Shown in pieces: positions 26,974-40,225 of a stretch of DNA of 64,000 nt; position 1 is the first letter of the stretch; each line of letters begins with the position of its first letter. Origin of the DNA: Octopus vulgaris (lineage: Eukaryota). Made by a program: the position numbers and the translations under genes. A model generated the notes under the pieces. That model was not told the origin of the DNA. It saw only the letters and a list, made by a program, of their open reading frames with translations, and searched no databases. Location of the stretch: positions 37,076,001 through 37,140,000 of the forward strand of contig OX597826.1 in the NCBI GenBank assembly GCA_951406725.2. The letters run 5' to 3'.

Positions 26974-27313
26974 ATAAATTAGGGTATCTCAAAGATATCA
27001 CCATGCTGAAATAGCAATCGAAATCCTGACCCTAAAACCACCTTAAATGTTCATATCGCGCTCGGGCAGAAGACAGAGAGACAAAATTAACAAGCAAAAA
27101 AGACTTTTCTGGATAATTCAAGATCCTGGATTTCTGATTTTGCATAAGAGAAGCTCTGCCTTCGTCAGTTGAATATACCAGATAAGCACATAAATACATA
27201 CATACATATATATATACAGAACATACGTTATACTTACATATACGAACGCTCATACATATATAAGCACGTATGTACAAGACCAGCTTAAATTGCACGCCTG
27301 GTCTTGTATATAC

Positions 27314-27352
<39 letters not shown>

Positions 27353-27410
27353 CGTTCGTATATGTAAGTATAACGTATGTTTTGTATATCTCTCAGATAC
27401 CCTAGTTTAT
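26974..27410 (-). mobile_element. Penelope-like terminal remnant with fold-back structure
   Basis: Outer inverted repeat 26974-26998 / 27386-27410, inner inverted repeat 27212-27283 / 27298-27389, hammerhead motif on the minus strand, bounded by (TA)n. Confidence 0.6.
27116..27174 (-). ncRNA. Type I hammerhead ribozyme-like motif with intact core
   Basis: Minus strand reads ATTCAA-CTGACGA-aggcagagcttctcttatgcaaaatca-GAAA-TCCAGG-ATC-TTGAAT: 6-bp stem I, canonical CUGANGA and GAAA, stem III AUCC/GGAU, AUC cleavage triplet; stem II is irregular. Confidence 0.65.
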
Positions 27411-27514
27411 GGTTTTAAGTAATTAGTACCTTTGTATGGTATGTCCTCCCATGTTGGCCACTTGATAAGATCGATCTTTAAATATCAATATTATCTTTAT
27501 TTATAAATATATAC

Positions 27515-27586
<72 letters not shown>

Positions 27587-27590
<4 letters not shown>

Positions 27591-27748
27591 ATCTTATTTT
27601 AGTTTCCGCCAAACAAATTCATTAACAAGGCCTTGGTTTGCTCGAGGCTATAGTGGAATACACTTGCACAGTGTGCCACACATAGGGACTGAACCCGGAA
27701 CCATGTGCTTAGGAAGCAGGCTTCTTTCTACACAGCCACGCCTCCCGC
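27587..27748 (-). mobile_element. SINE family A, 5' half
   Basis: Reverse complement of the head through GGAAACT; ends at the internal microsatellite. Confidence 0.85.
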
Positions 27749-28317
27749 CGAGCTAAATTAATTTCCACCAAGTATGATACCTATGGGTGACATTTTTCTC
27801 AAGGTCATATAATTTCAAAATGAATCACCCTGGCTTAAACAACCCTATATCCACTTTTGAATGTTATTAAATAACACTTGTTCCAATGTCGAAAGTAGAC
27901 AGATGTAAAACGGATAAATGATAATATTTCAATATAAGTCTTTTGTAAGTGTTATGCAGAGAAATGCACCTGTGTAAAAGAAAACGCTGTGAAGTCTGAC
28001 ATTAATGAGAATTGTATAATAATACATTTCGAACATTTACGAAACTCAGTACCAAGTGAGATTCGATTCTTTCAAGACAATTGTATGAGGGTTATTAAGA
28101 GTTTGAAGTCAGTCAATATGAATATATCCCACATTAGTACGGCTTATAGACCAAGTGACAGATTTTGCTACAATAACAGTACCACAAATGTAAGAATTCT
28201 ACCAGCCTGTATGGCACTTCAGACAGAAGTTTGGATGGTTACACATGTATTGTTAAATAGATGATAGTATTGCATTAGGTTTCAGTTTCAAGATTAACGG
28301 AAATATGTAACTGATAT

Positions 28318-28382
28318 GTGACGTATATTTGCCATTTAAACCCTAAGGGGTTAGCCAAATTTAAATGGCAAATGTTCGTCAC
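28318..28382. repeat. Short inverted repeat (23-bp arms, 19-nt loop)
   Basis: GTGACGTATATTTGCCATTTAAA / TTTAAATGGCAAATGTTCGTCAC, two non-Watson-Crick positions. Confidence 0.85.
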
Positions 28383-29702
28383 GATATGTTGCAGCTACTG
28401 TTTATAACTCGCTCTAAGATTTATTATTGTAACTGATATATTTTCCAAAAAAAAGATATATATGCATTCATAGCATATACACATGCATACAAACAAACAC
28501 ACGCACACAAACACACACACGCACATGTGTGTGTGTGTTTGTGTTTGTGTGTGTGTTGAATACACTTACACTTCGAAAAGCAGGTATTACACACCTGAGA
28601 ATCACTCGTTAACCCATACGAAGAAAAGTGTAATTCTAATTCATCCTAAACTTTATTTGCTTCCGCCTTTTATATGCCTCGTTTATTATATCATATATTT
28701 TACTTCTCTTTTTACACGTAGATTCCCGAAATATATCATTCCCCTTCTACACAAAAGTATGATTTTGTAATTAGCCTACATAGCTTGATTACATGTAGTG
28801 GAGTTTCCCTCTTTCGTTTTCCCTAATCTTCAAATAATCTACCACCGTTTTCCTGCGACGCAAATGTCAGAAGTAGAAATGCTTTTATCACCTAAATGTA
28901 CCGCTTCAAAAATTTTCTTATTTTGAAGGAATATGGGATACATCAGACATGAAAACGATGACATCGGTACCGTGGCATAATCTTTATTGGTTTTTAAGTA
29001 TAGATATGCTATTCTATATCGTTTTTCGAAGGCATGTAGATATACATGTGTGTGTGTGGTGGGGTGTAGTTGAAAGATATGAAAACACACATGTAGACAC
29101 ACGCATACACGCAGAAAAAAACATGAAGAAAGATTAAAGACTAAAGCAAATATAAATGCTTGTAATTCAAAATAACTCAATTCGTATAATCGGGATATAC
29201 GAAATTCCGTTATGTCCTTCAAGAACATTTCTATGTCTTCTCATAAGATTGCGAACTCTCTTGCAACAGAGAAGAATCTTGAAACCCTTTCATTTCTTTT
29301 TGACAAAAAGCGTAGGGTTCAAAGGGTGTGTTTTTTAAGACGTAGAAGTTTCTATATAGCCAAAAGCTGAACTGAGAAACTTCAACGGACGCAGCAGCAA
29401 GGTAACTAATATAAATCCGTTTGCGAAACTCCTTGTTACATTGCAATACTTAATGTAATAATTCCTAACGTTGACTTTGGCCTAACATTCGAACCCGTTA
29501 TTGTGTTTTATTATATATTTACCAATATTGTCTTTCCTAATGCTTATGTAATCAAAGTTTAAATTTAGAAATCGAATCCGATCTCCTCTGGTTTTGAACA
29601 CCAAAGTTTAATGAAAGTAAAGAAATATTGTCGCACATCCCCTCCATCAATTTACACCAAATACTAGAAAATTTCGGGCCTTGTGCGTAGAATAGAATAT
29701 AA

Positions 29703-30100
29703 TTTTCTACTCTAGGCACAAGGTCCGAACTTTTGGGCGTGGAAGCCAGTGGATTACATCCAGCCCGAGTACGCAACTGGTACCTAATTTATCGACCCCG
29801 AAAGGATGAAAGGCAAATTCGCCCTCAGCGGAAATGGAACTCAGAACATATAGACAGATGAAATACCTATTTCTTTACTACCCACAAGGGGCTAAACACA
29901 GAGGGGACAAACATGGACAGGCAAACGGATTAAGTCGATTATATCGACCCCAGTGCGTAACTGGCACTTATTTAATCGACCCGGAAAGGATGAAAGGCAA
30001 AGTCGACCTCGGCGGAATTTGAACTCAGAACGTAACGGCAGACGAAATACGACTACGCATTTCGCCCAGCGTGCTAACGATTCTGCCAGCTCACTGCCTT
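29703..30100 (-). mobile_element. Dimeric SINE family B: full copy (29868-30100) fused to a headless copy (29703-29867)
   Basis: Two central GGATGAAAGGCAAA blocks in tandem with two different 3' tails. Confidence 0.9.
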
Positions 30101-30937
30101 CAATTACTGGAAAATTATTCACATAATGGTTGTTGTTTGTTTGCTGCTATTTGCAATTGGATCAGAGGTTTTCAAATCCGCTGTTTTCCGTGAATACTAT
30201 GTTTTCTAAAAGAATTACCTGGTTAAGTATATAAAATATATCACAACAGTTGACACTTGATTTTCTTCTCCAATATTCTCAGTTAAAATAAAGTATAATC
30301 AATATTAAAGCAGCACTGCAATTGGTTTGCTTCTATTTTGTAATTTCATTCATTTTATATTTTTAATTAAGAAAATAATTAAAAATATGTTTTCACATTA
30401 TCTAAAACATCATTTAATTTCATACACTAATTTTGTTTTAAAAAATACTGTAAATCTTATAAATTTCGAGAATATTAAACTTGATTGATTAATCGATTGA
30501 TTAATATCGGCCATTCAAATGTAAATATATCAGATAATGGATCGCATTAAACTAATGCTGCTGTGACCTTCAGCTGATTTTCGTCAGTTTAAATAATAAT
30601 TAAAAGTCTATCCTAATTATATGTTCCCATCATCTAGACATTGCTGCAAATTAACAGCTAACATAGAAAAAACTTTAGTGTTGCAACAGCTTCAACCAAG
30701 GTTGAGCCCAAGTCCTCCAGGGAAGATGACTTCCTCAGTAATCTTAGATACTTCTTTAAAAAGTTTATACGACTGTTGCAATATTGGATAAAAGTAATCG
30801 AAGAATTATTCCATTTAATCGTATCTAGTAATTAAGTTGGTACTAATTTCATACCTGTCCTAAGTTATAACTTTAAGATGAAGCAAACTACGCGATGCTC
30901 TCCTTCGAATATATATAATGATTTTGAACCAACGCTG

Positions 30938-30972
<35 letters not shown>

Positions 30973-31005
30973 AGAGAGAGAGGGAGAGAAAGAGAGGATA
31001 AATAA

Positions 31006-31041
<36 letters not shown>

Positions 31042-31068
31042 AATACTTATATAGATACACATCATGAG

Positions 31069-31125
<57 letters not shown>

Positions 31126-31126
<1 letters not shown>

Positions 31127-31558
31127 TAGCAGTATAACCCGGTTTGTTTTTTAGTTGCGCTCAAAACGGCAGACTTTGATGTCGCTTTAACAAAGTTTTG
31201 AAATAGTTTCAATCTTTTTTGAAAAGTAAAACTTTTGCATTATATAGCTTGTTATTCTCTTTAAGTGAACATTTTTCTGGTTGAAATACACCGAAAAATG
31301 GCGACACAAAAGTAAAAAAATCGTAAAAAATAGGAATGTTCATACAAAAAAGCACCTTTTTGATGTAAATAATTTGTGGTCTTAACCTTGTCCGATTTGA
31401 ATTTTTGCTTCTACGAAATAAAGAACAAGCCTTCTTCTATCATACTCTCAATTTTGGACAACTTGTGCCGCAGGGTCTCGGAGGAGATAGTGTTGGTTTG
31501 AGGCTACCTAACCTGCCACACACACACAGACAACTTCAGCTTTATATGTATATATTGA
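31126..31558 (-). mobile_element. Non-autonomous Helitron-like element
   Basis: Minus strand starts TC-AATATATACATATAAAGCTGAAGTTGTCTGTGTG, ends CTAG, and sits between A and T; the subterminal hairpin appears partly deleted; inserted next to (TA)n. Confidence 0.65.
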
Positions 31559-32293
31559 TCATATCGATCATTTTTTTCTGACTTTGCTCGCATTGATGAC
31601 ATAGATATATCAGTTTATAAAACATCGTAAGTTGCAGGGCTGCTGACTCTGAATTCAAACAGAAATCTATGCAGGTGAATATAAAGTAACGTGTGTACAG
31701 GTATATTTCAAGTGTTATTGCTCTTCCAGATTACCCGCAACGTAAATTGATCCATCCGGTTGTGTTACTCCTTTAAATGTAGTGACTATTTAAGGAACAT
31801 GTTCGCAGACAATCGCTGGATTGGACGTTGTGTCAATGACAGAGCAACAGTTCTTGAAATATACTTTACACTCGTTACCTATTTTCAATCTTCAATTGCA
31901 TAGTTTAGATAGACATATTCGTATACGAAATGTGATGACTTCTAGTGTTGTCTTGAAATCGTATAGAAAATCTATAGAGGTAAACCTAAAGTAAAAATAT
32001 CGCACTGCTAACACAAAGTAGGTCACAAGTATTGAGTTAAAATCCTATAATATGCGTGGTAGTATAGTATGGTTGCAAAACGAAATACTGGGTCCTTCCC
32101 ACAATGACCATCATCTTTAACTTGTTTCATATATGCCACTCTGTCTAGAAACCTGTTTATCTGGCGCCCAATATAGAACTGTGATGAACAATAACTTGGG
32201 ACCGTACCAAAAGATTTCATAGTGCTTCCTTAAGCTTAGTAATATTGTTAGCCTAGAGTGCCAACAGAGGACTTATGAAGTATTTTGCCTGGA

Positions 32294-32513
32294 TTCTTTT
32301 CTACATTATGCATAAGGCCCGAAATTTTGGGGGAGGGTTGGGGACAGTCGATTAGATCGACCTCAGTACGCAGCTGGAACTTAATTTATCGACCCCGAAG
32401 GAATGAAAGGCAAAGTTGACCTCGGCGGAATTTGAACTCAGAACGTAATAACAGACGAAGTACCGCTAAGCATTTCACCTGACGTGCTAAAGATTCTGCC
32501 AACTCGCCGCCTT
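32294..32513 (-). mobile_element. SINE family B, full length
   Basis: Complete head, central domain and ...TGCATAATGTAGAAAAG tail. Confidence 0.92.
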
Positions 32514-32854
32514 AATTCATTTACTTCTATTGAAGCAAGTATTGTCAAGGCTACACTTATCCTTTGAATTTCCAATAAAACTGAAGCATGTACAATATTC
32601 ACCTAAATGCGATGCTTTTTTTCTCTCAACACAAATTCGATCATACTTTAGCTTTTTAATGCGTAAAACATTAAATATACTTTTATCATGCAGATGACAT
32701 CTGACACTTAATTAAATACATTAGAGTAATTTGTCTGCTTTCTTTATAGCTTGAAGTAATTTTCTTTTATTTCTCAGCAATGTACACTAAAATCGATTCC
32801 ATGAGATGAAAAAAAAAACAGAAAATAAAACAATCATATGACATCTTTATTTGA

Positions 32855-32975
32855 GAATCTGGGTTTCATGTTCGAACCACTACGCAGTTCTTTGAGGTAA
32901 CGACTTCTGCCATAGACTTGGGTAAACAAGAGCCTTGTGAGTGACGTTTATGATAATAAATCTGTAACAGGAGCT
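32855..32975 (+). mobile_element. SINE family A, old 5' fragment
   Basis: GTTCGAACCACT B-box region and AGAGCCTTGTGAGTG collinear with family A. Confidence 0.55.
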
Positions 32976-33799
32976 ATTAGCATTATATTGGGTGAGGAAG
33001 TAATAGACCTAATCCTGCATAAAGACGAACACCTAACCCTTGTATTACTGTACCAGAGTCCACCCTACTGCAAACAAATAAATCTAAGTATAATGATTCC
33101 AAGAAATAAATACGTGACATGTTAGCAAGATATTTTATGAGCAGTGGGGAATGCTTAACGTAGTTACAGAGATACATAAGCCGAATGAATACCCTTTCAT
33201 ATGTTTGCAGAAGAAAGTTGATCTACATCAGCAGAAGTAGCGAGTTTACCTTATAAAGCCACTAAGTCTATGAGATTTCAGGGACTTCGTCAGCACTGAA
33301 CATCACACAGAAGCAATTTCTTTTCTTTTACTTTCAGGCATTATGTTTTCGTTTTTGTTTTATTTCCTTTCTGAGCTGTTCATATTTGTCCACAACTTGT
33401 TTGGCTATAAACCAATGAAAATGGAAATTAGCGAAGAATGAATACGATGAGCAATAATTTGCAAAACACCGTAAAGGAAAATCCCAATTGCCTCACTCTT
33501 ATTGTGTATCCTGTCTCAGAAAAAGGATCTGTGTCTTTCTAATCCAAGGACAAATGCATTATCAGCATTATTGCAGGCAGCAGCATCATAACAGCACCAT
33601 AACAACAACAGTATCTTTGCTATAAACGTTATGAAGTGATAATAAAATTATCTGGGTATAATTTCCTTCTAAGAATAATTTTTAAAACACATTACAAATG
33701 ACAAAATGAACCTTAAATTTACAGCCTCGCCACTACCATACCACATTTACAACTACAGCTTCAACAACTAATACTAACACCATTAATAATAACTATGGT

Positions 33800-34020
33800 A
33801 AGGCGGTGAGATGTAAAAAATCATTAGCATACCGGACGAAATACTTTGTAGCGCTTATTCTTACTCTTTAAGTTCTGAGTTCAAATTCCGTCGAGTTCGA
33901 TTTTGCCTTTCATCTCTTTCGGAGTATTTAAAATACGTATCAGTTGCGCACTGGGATAGATGATATTGACAATCATTTCCTTCACTAAAATCTCCATCCT
34001 TTGTACCTTTAATGGAAACC
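33800..34020 (+). mobile_element. SINE family B, diverged
   Basis: AAGGCGGTGAG head, GTTCTGAGTTCAAATTCC, TTTGCCTTTCATC. Confidence 0.85.
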
Positions 34021-36179
34021 ATTATGAATAACTATACAACACTCCAGCTTCAACATTACTCTCTTTCTTAATCCCATCCAGCGCATTTCATACCGCTACC
34101 ACAATTATAAGTATTGATAGGTATGTATGGAGTTCAGAGCAATTTGGTCGAACGCTTAAAAAGGTCTCTTTCCAGCTACAAGGTCCCGAGTCCAATCCGC
34201 ATCGGTGTGCATCTTTATAATTTTATTTGCTGTGATAGTCTGTACAGTGACTGAATAGTTCTATCTCTACAGAAATGTAATTGCTTTAAACCTATCCCGA
34301 CGTTATACTATTCACATCAACGCTCGATACTCTATACGTGAAGCATTGTTCTCAGCTCTTATAGGTTTTCGTATCATTAGCTCTGGTCGACTCATTTATT
34401 ACATGATTTAACTTAAACATAACAGTTATGTCATTTCCATTCAGCTGATTAAACTGTTCGTTGTTTTCAGATCAATACTCTTAATCCATTCAAAAAGTAA
34501 AGGATTAGAAGTATACCTTTTTTTCTGCTTCCAAGTTAATCCATCAGATATCCTACCACATCTTTTTGAGCGTGATAACGTCGTTTGTCTGATTTACTGT
34601 AGATCCTCCAAATCCTGGCGGTTCCTCTCCTGGATGTTGAGAAAGCTTTCTTGTGTGTTTTTAAAGAAGCTAATATTCTCTAGTTTGTATTTTAATTTTA
34701 GTCGTATTATCTAATCATTCTAATCGTGATGGATCAACAGAATCAATTCAGATAAATGGAACATTAAATAGAAAACATTAATTTATTAACATACACAAAC
34801 AACTACTTAAATATAATCGATAAATTCACAAATATGCCCCTTCTCTTTCACAAATCAACAAGTTATTCGTCATATGCACTGCTTAAAGCTTTGTGTTTAT
34901 TAGAATTAAGTTATAGTTTGAACACCATGATTCTATTTATTTCATTTTTAATATTGCTTGAACAAACATTTTCTAAGCGTACTTTTTTAACAAAAGGGAT
35001 ATGTACCCATTATGTTTCGAACGTCACTGCATAATAGGACCTGGTTGTTTTCTTTTTCTTCTAAAACTACTAATTCTTTATAAAGCTCTAATAGATTGTC
35101 TTTTATTTTGAAATATTGTACGCAGTTTTGTATGAGTGTACAGACGATTGTGTGTATATGCATAAACATGAGCGCGCGTATGTGTGTGTGCGTTTGTAAT
35201 TTGCTTTTGTAGTTTCTTTAATAAGTTTGCCCAAGTTAATTAACTTCGACAAGCAACTAATATTGAGAGATATCTGATAAAATCCCAAGAGTTTTTAATG
35301 AGTTAAAACAAAGTAAACTCAGAGGGAAATAGCTTAAACTTTGACCGAAAACACTGAGATAAAGATAGAAAAATTCAGTATGGGGAAGTAGAAAAACAAA
35401 TGAACGCTTCTAATATGAAACAGAAAATACTACAGAAAATATGGCAGAAAGTATTGGATTCTGATGAAAAAGAAAATTGTGCGCGTCTTATATTTTTCAA
35501 AGGCAGAATATTTTTAATGAAACTGTGCAATTAATTCGATATTAATTAACTCCGATCATGCAACAAGAAGACATTTGAAGCAGCGATTTCACTCATCAAT
35601 AATGTTTGGAGAGTCATTTAAACAGGAACATTTTAGGTTTCTAAAAGCACACTTTTCATAACTACAGAGGAAAGGCGAGGCTGTAACTTTCTTTTATGTA
35701 CAAACTCTAATCAACTCTCGTCCAATATTAATACTGTAGTGGCTGATGTGGTAAGGTTAGTTGTTTAATTATTTTTAACTAATTAAGTTTCACTACTTAT
35801 CTTCAGTTTAGTGGATCAGAGAAATGATTATATCCGACATGATTTACTATCAACTTCATTTTATGTTCAACATAGACTACACTTACTTCCAATTATGCAC
35901 AAAGTATTCCCCTTTGTTTTACTGTTCAAAACAAAACAAGTAAATATGGCTGAGGTTTCTTATTTGTTGTGCCATATGTAATTGTGTTTGAGTCTCTGAC
36001 TAGGTAAAGCATATCGTTCATATATCTGTAACGGAGTGCAACACAGTGAAATGGGTATAAGCACATTAACATAGACTTTATGATGAAAGAAAATACAGTT
36101 TGCTGTATTTAAGACTTATGGTTATTTATCTGATAGGAGACTTAGTTTTTAACGAAGAGAAAATAAAAAAAAACAAAGA

Positions 36180-36259
36180 ACAACAAGATGAAGACTAAAA
36201 GGAACAAGGATAAGAAAAAGAAGACGACAAAAGGGAGACGATGGAAAAGGAGGAGGGGA

Positions 36260-36290
<31 letters not shown>

Positions 36291-36665
36291 GGAGGAGGAG
36301 AAGAAGAAGAAGAAGAAGAAGAAGAAGAAGAAGAAGAAGAAGGAGAGGAAGGAGAGGAAGGAGGGTGCGACGGGTGGCATCAGAAATGAAAAAAGATAAA
36401 AAATTAAGGAGAAAGAAAAAAACGAAGGAAAAGAAGAAGGATGAGAAGACGACGAAAATGAGGAAAACGATGAAGCTGTTCCCACCGATGCTGCTGCTGA
36501 GGGTAATAATGATGATGAGGAAGATGGGAATAATGACAATGCTGTGGTAACGAAAATGGTGGGTCTGGTAACGACGACAATTATGATGATGATGATGATA
36601 ATGACGACGATGATGATGATTGTGATATTGTTGTTGTGGTGGTGGTGGTGGAGGATGATGTGGTA
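36180..36665. repeat. Purine-rich compound microsatellite (AGA)n/(GAG)n/(GAT)n
   Basis: Directly visible; explains the poly-R/L/F/H ORFs. Confidence 0.92.
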
Positions 36666-37129
36666 ATGAGTGCATTAACGTGGCTGCAATGTGTGATAAG
36701 TGTATTTTTTATCAAGCAATATATCCTGTTCTGTATAAATGTAAACTTCAAACAGCATTCCCTACTCCTGAGATAAGAATCGCTTAGAAAAGCAAAATTA
36801 ATCACGTTGTAACAGCTGTTATTGCATAGTGTCAGTTAATTTTGCTAGAGATCTGTAGAACAAGGGACAGTAATTAAATGTCTAATATATTAAAACCTGC
36901 CGCAGTGGGTACTCGATGCTAATGTGTGTGTGTATGTGTGTGTGAAAGCTTTTAAGCTCTAATAGTTGATATTCTGCACAGTAGTTGAGCAGTACACATT
37001 TTCTTTCGGCGCTATATATCATTCCATTTATTTTGCTTTGTACACTGTTCCATTAACGTGTTCATCCATAATGGAAGGCTTGGTGTGTTATTTTACAAAT
37101 TTGCATATTTCCGTATGACTGCTAATGCA

Positions 37130-37188
37130 ATTATTATTATTATTATTACTATTATTATTACTATTATTATTATTACTATTATTATTAC

Positions 37189-37259
<71 letters not shown>
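37130..37259. repeat. (ATT)n microsatellite
   Basis: Directly visible. Confidence 0.95.
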
Positions 37260-38013
37260 GGTCTTTTTTTTTGGCAGCAGATTGCGTACTATTTATGTTG
37301 TCCCTCATCTGCTATGTGGATGTGAACACGAAGTTCATTCAAAAAATGTGTTGATAGAATTGCTATTTGAAGCGATTTACCTATCGCTTATCATGCTGGT
37401 AGTGTCTCAAAATGATGAAATTTCTATATAAAAAACATAATCTGGAAATATACGCTTCTTCCTTATGTATTGAGTTCTTCGTTCACTTTCACTTCAACAA
37501 TATTTAGTTTGACCACAAATCTACGATGAAGCTGGCTAAATACAAGCTTTCTCTAGAATTGTCTCTTCTATTTGCCAAAGAAATGAACAAAAAAGCATTC
37601 GTCATCATACTTAAATAATATATTGTGCTTTTACTATCACAGTTTTATTCGATTGTTTATTTTTCTACATACATTTATTTCCCAAAGTATCTGAACGTAA
37701 ACATCAACATTTTATTTGGAGCATCATTCCAATCACCAGAGTTGTGCCGCTTCAGCGTTCTTTTTATTAAAGGGGATGATTGCAAATTTATCGTAACGGT
37801 TGAACCAATGGCTAGTCAGACTATTCAGTGAAGAAATCTCTACAGTAAGTTGACTTAAAGTTTATTTATCCTTCGTAGATATTTTACGAGAAGTTGCGAG
37901 GTACAAACCAATTGCTGAGAGATACTTATGTCACAGGTCACGGTCTTCTCACAAAACATGAGAAGTGAGAGTATGTATATACATGCATATATATAAATAT
38001 ATATATGGGGTGG

Positions 38014-38053
<40 letters not shown>

Positions 38054-38061
38054 GCAGAGGA

Positions 38062-38147
38062 AGGTAAGTAGGTAGGCAGGTAGGTAGGAGGTAGGTAGGT
38101 AGGTAGGTAGGTAGGTAGGTAGGTAGGTAGGTAGGTAGGTAGGTAGG
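38062..38147. repeat. (GGTA)n microsatellite
   Basis: Directly visible. Confidence 0.95.
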
Positions 38148-38533
38148 TGCTGAAATCCCACGCCGAGCTGCATTAGACGTTGAATGCAAATATCGCAGCG
38201 GGTGCCAAAGGATATTTCGTCAGATGCTCTAAACTTTTTTCCAGCAATGTAACGTTTGTGTCATATACTTTATTTATTGACGGGAATGTATAAAATACAG
38301 AGATGGAGTGATACCCAAAGCTTATAGATACGTAACAAATGCCAAATATTGCAAGTTTATCTCTGTTAGGAATTAAAGTTTTCTTAAGACAAGAATTAAA
38401 GGTCAAAAAAGACCAGGCTGCTGTAGTAACGTATATTTGTACCAGATGAACGTACACACACACACACACATGTATATATATATATATATATACATATATA
38501 TATACATATATATACATATATATATACATATAT

Positions 38534-38605
<72 letters not shown>

Positions 38606-38858
38606 GATTCAGATGAATATGGTACTTAAGTTAAAGGCACCAGAATTTCGTATGGTATTATCCATATAAATCTAATGGGGTGATTATAATAAAAATAACG
38701 TAGTACTTACAGTGTTTAATAAAATGAAGTAACATGAAACAATTGTACTACACTACATTGGATATCTTTGTTGCTTATTTTGATTATATATATATATATA
38801 TATATATATATTGGTAAAAACGGTAAAATAACAATATTATGTAAATAGAGGAAATTTA

Positions 38859-38951
38859 TCTGTAAAATAATATGTGACAATTATTCAATAGCCAAGATAA
38901 AACTCTCTTTTATCTTGGCTATTAAATAATTGTCACATATTATTTTACAGA
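38859..38951. repeat. Near-perfect palindrome, 44-bp arms with 5-nt loop
   Basis: TCTGTAAAATAATATGTGACAATTATTCAATAGCCAAGATAAAA-ctctc-reverse complement with one mismatch. Confidence 0.95.
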
Positions 38952-39012
38952 CATATATATATATATATATATATACATTATATATATGCATATATAGATA
39001 TACTCTATATCT

Positions 39013-39050
<38 letters not shown>

Positions 39051-39092
39051 GTATATATGTATATATATATATGCATCTATACACACACACAC

Positions 39093-39125
<33 letters not shown>

Positions 39126-39361
39126 TACATACACACAAACACGCGCACACATATGTAGTTACTTCTTTGCGAACACGTGTCCATCGCCATCCATACTGTC
39201 TGCAAAATATAGATATGTGGAAAGTGTGTTTTATTTTTCCATTTCTCTTTATAGTGCTTCATTGAAATGTAACCTAAAATTGACATGAGATGAAAATTCA
39301 CAAAAGCTTCTCAGTAAACCTGGTGAGAATTGAACGAAGTATTTCGAAAAGGACTTCTTGT

Positions 39362-39524
39362 CACTAGCATAGCTAGAGGGGAGGTCGAAGGAGGCTGTCC
39401 GCGGCACTTTTGTGGGAAGCATCACTTCTGGGTCTGCTGTAGGCGATATGTAGTTTCTGTGGGGACCAGAGGGTCGCAAAATGAATGGCTGTCCCAGGAA
39501 GCACGTATTCTAACTACCCCAGTG
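39362..39524. mobile_element. Old hAT-like MITE
   Basis: GC-richer island with degenerate TIRs CACTAGCATAGCTAGA / TCTAACTACCCCAGTG (12/16) and a possible 8-bp TSD CTTCTTGT / CTGCTTTT (6/8). Confidence 0.45.
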
Positions 39525-40194
39525 CTGCTTTTTGAAATAAATAAAATGAAAATCACCCAAAAGTTCAGAAAAAGGCGTTATAATGAGAACCTTATAGCAT
39601 GTTCTGACAAACAGGGCTGCTTGGATCAGCTTTTGCACTAAATCTGTTAATAGTTGTGGTAGGTTGCATCGGTCTCAGTACGAATTGTGACAGGCAACAG
39701 AAACAGTATCAGGTGACGTGGCATGACAAGGTGGAAAGATTATGTAAAGAGGGGGAGTTAGAAAGGTCCTTGAACAACAGTATGAATTTGAGGCAGGGTT
39801 TATCAGTTGATACGGTATTTTCGGAATAGTTTTTTTTTATTAAATGGAGTGGATTAGCCGAAGCTGTATGGCGGTAAACTTTGCTGGGGGAACGTAATGA
39901 ATGTGTATGTGAGGAGGTTAGAAAAGGCTGAAATGGTCAGTAGGTAAAAAGGATCAACATGGAAGTTGTTGGTAAAGCAATTCCACTCCATTCACTTCGG
40001 TTGTATTATTGATCTTTACTACATGGTTTTCTTTTCACTGAGCATAGTCCCCTGATTTTCAGGTTACAATATCTCATTCAGTCATTTTTCAGTGATTATG
40101 ATGGATTTTACTACTCCACGTTTACACCATCTGTCTTGGAATCGCGCGCGCGCATACATGCATGCATGCATGCATGCATACATACATACATACA

Positions 40195-40225
<31 letters not shown>

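Noticed and set aside
33320-33440. Strong splice acceptor TTTTCTTTACTTTCAG
   Set aside because: All frames close quickly and no clear donor follows; such tracts are common in AT-rich DNA.
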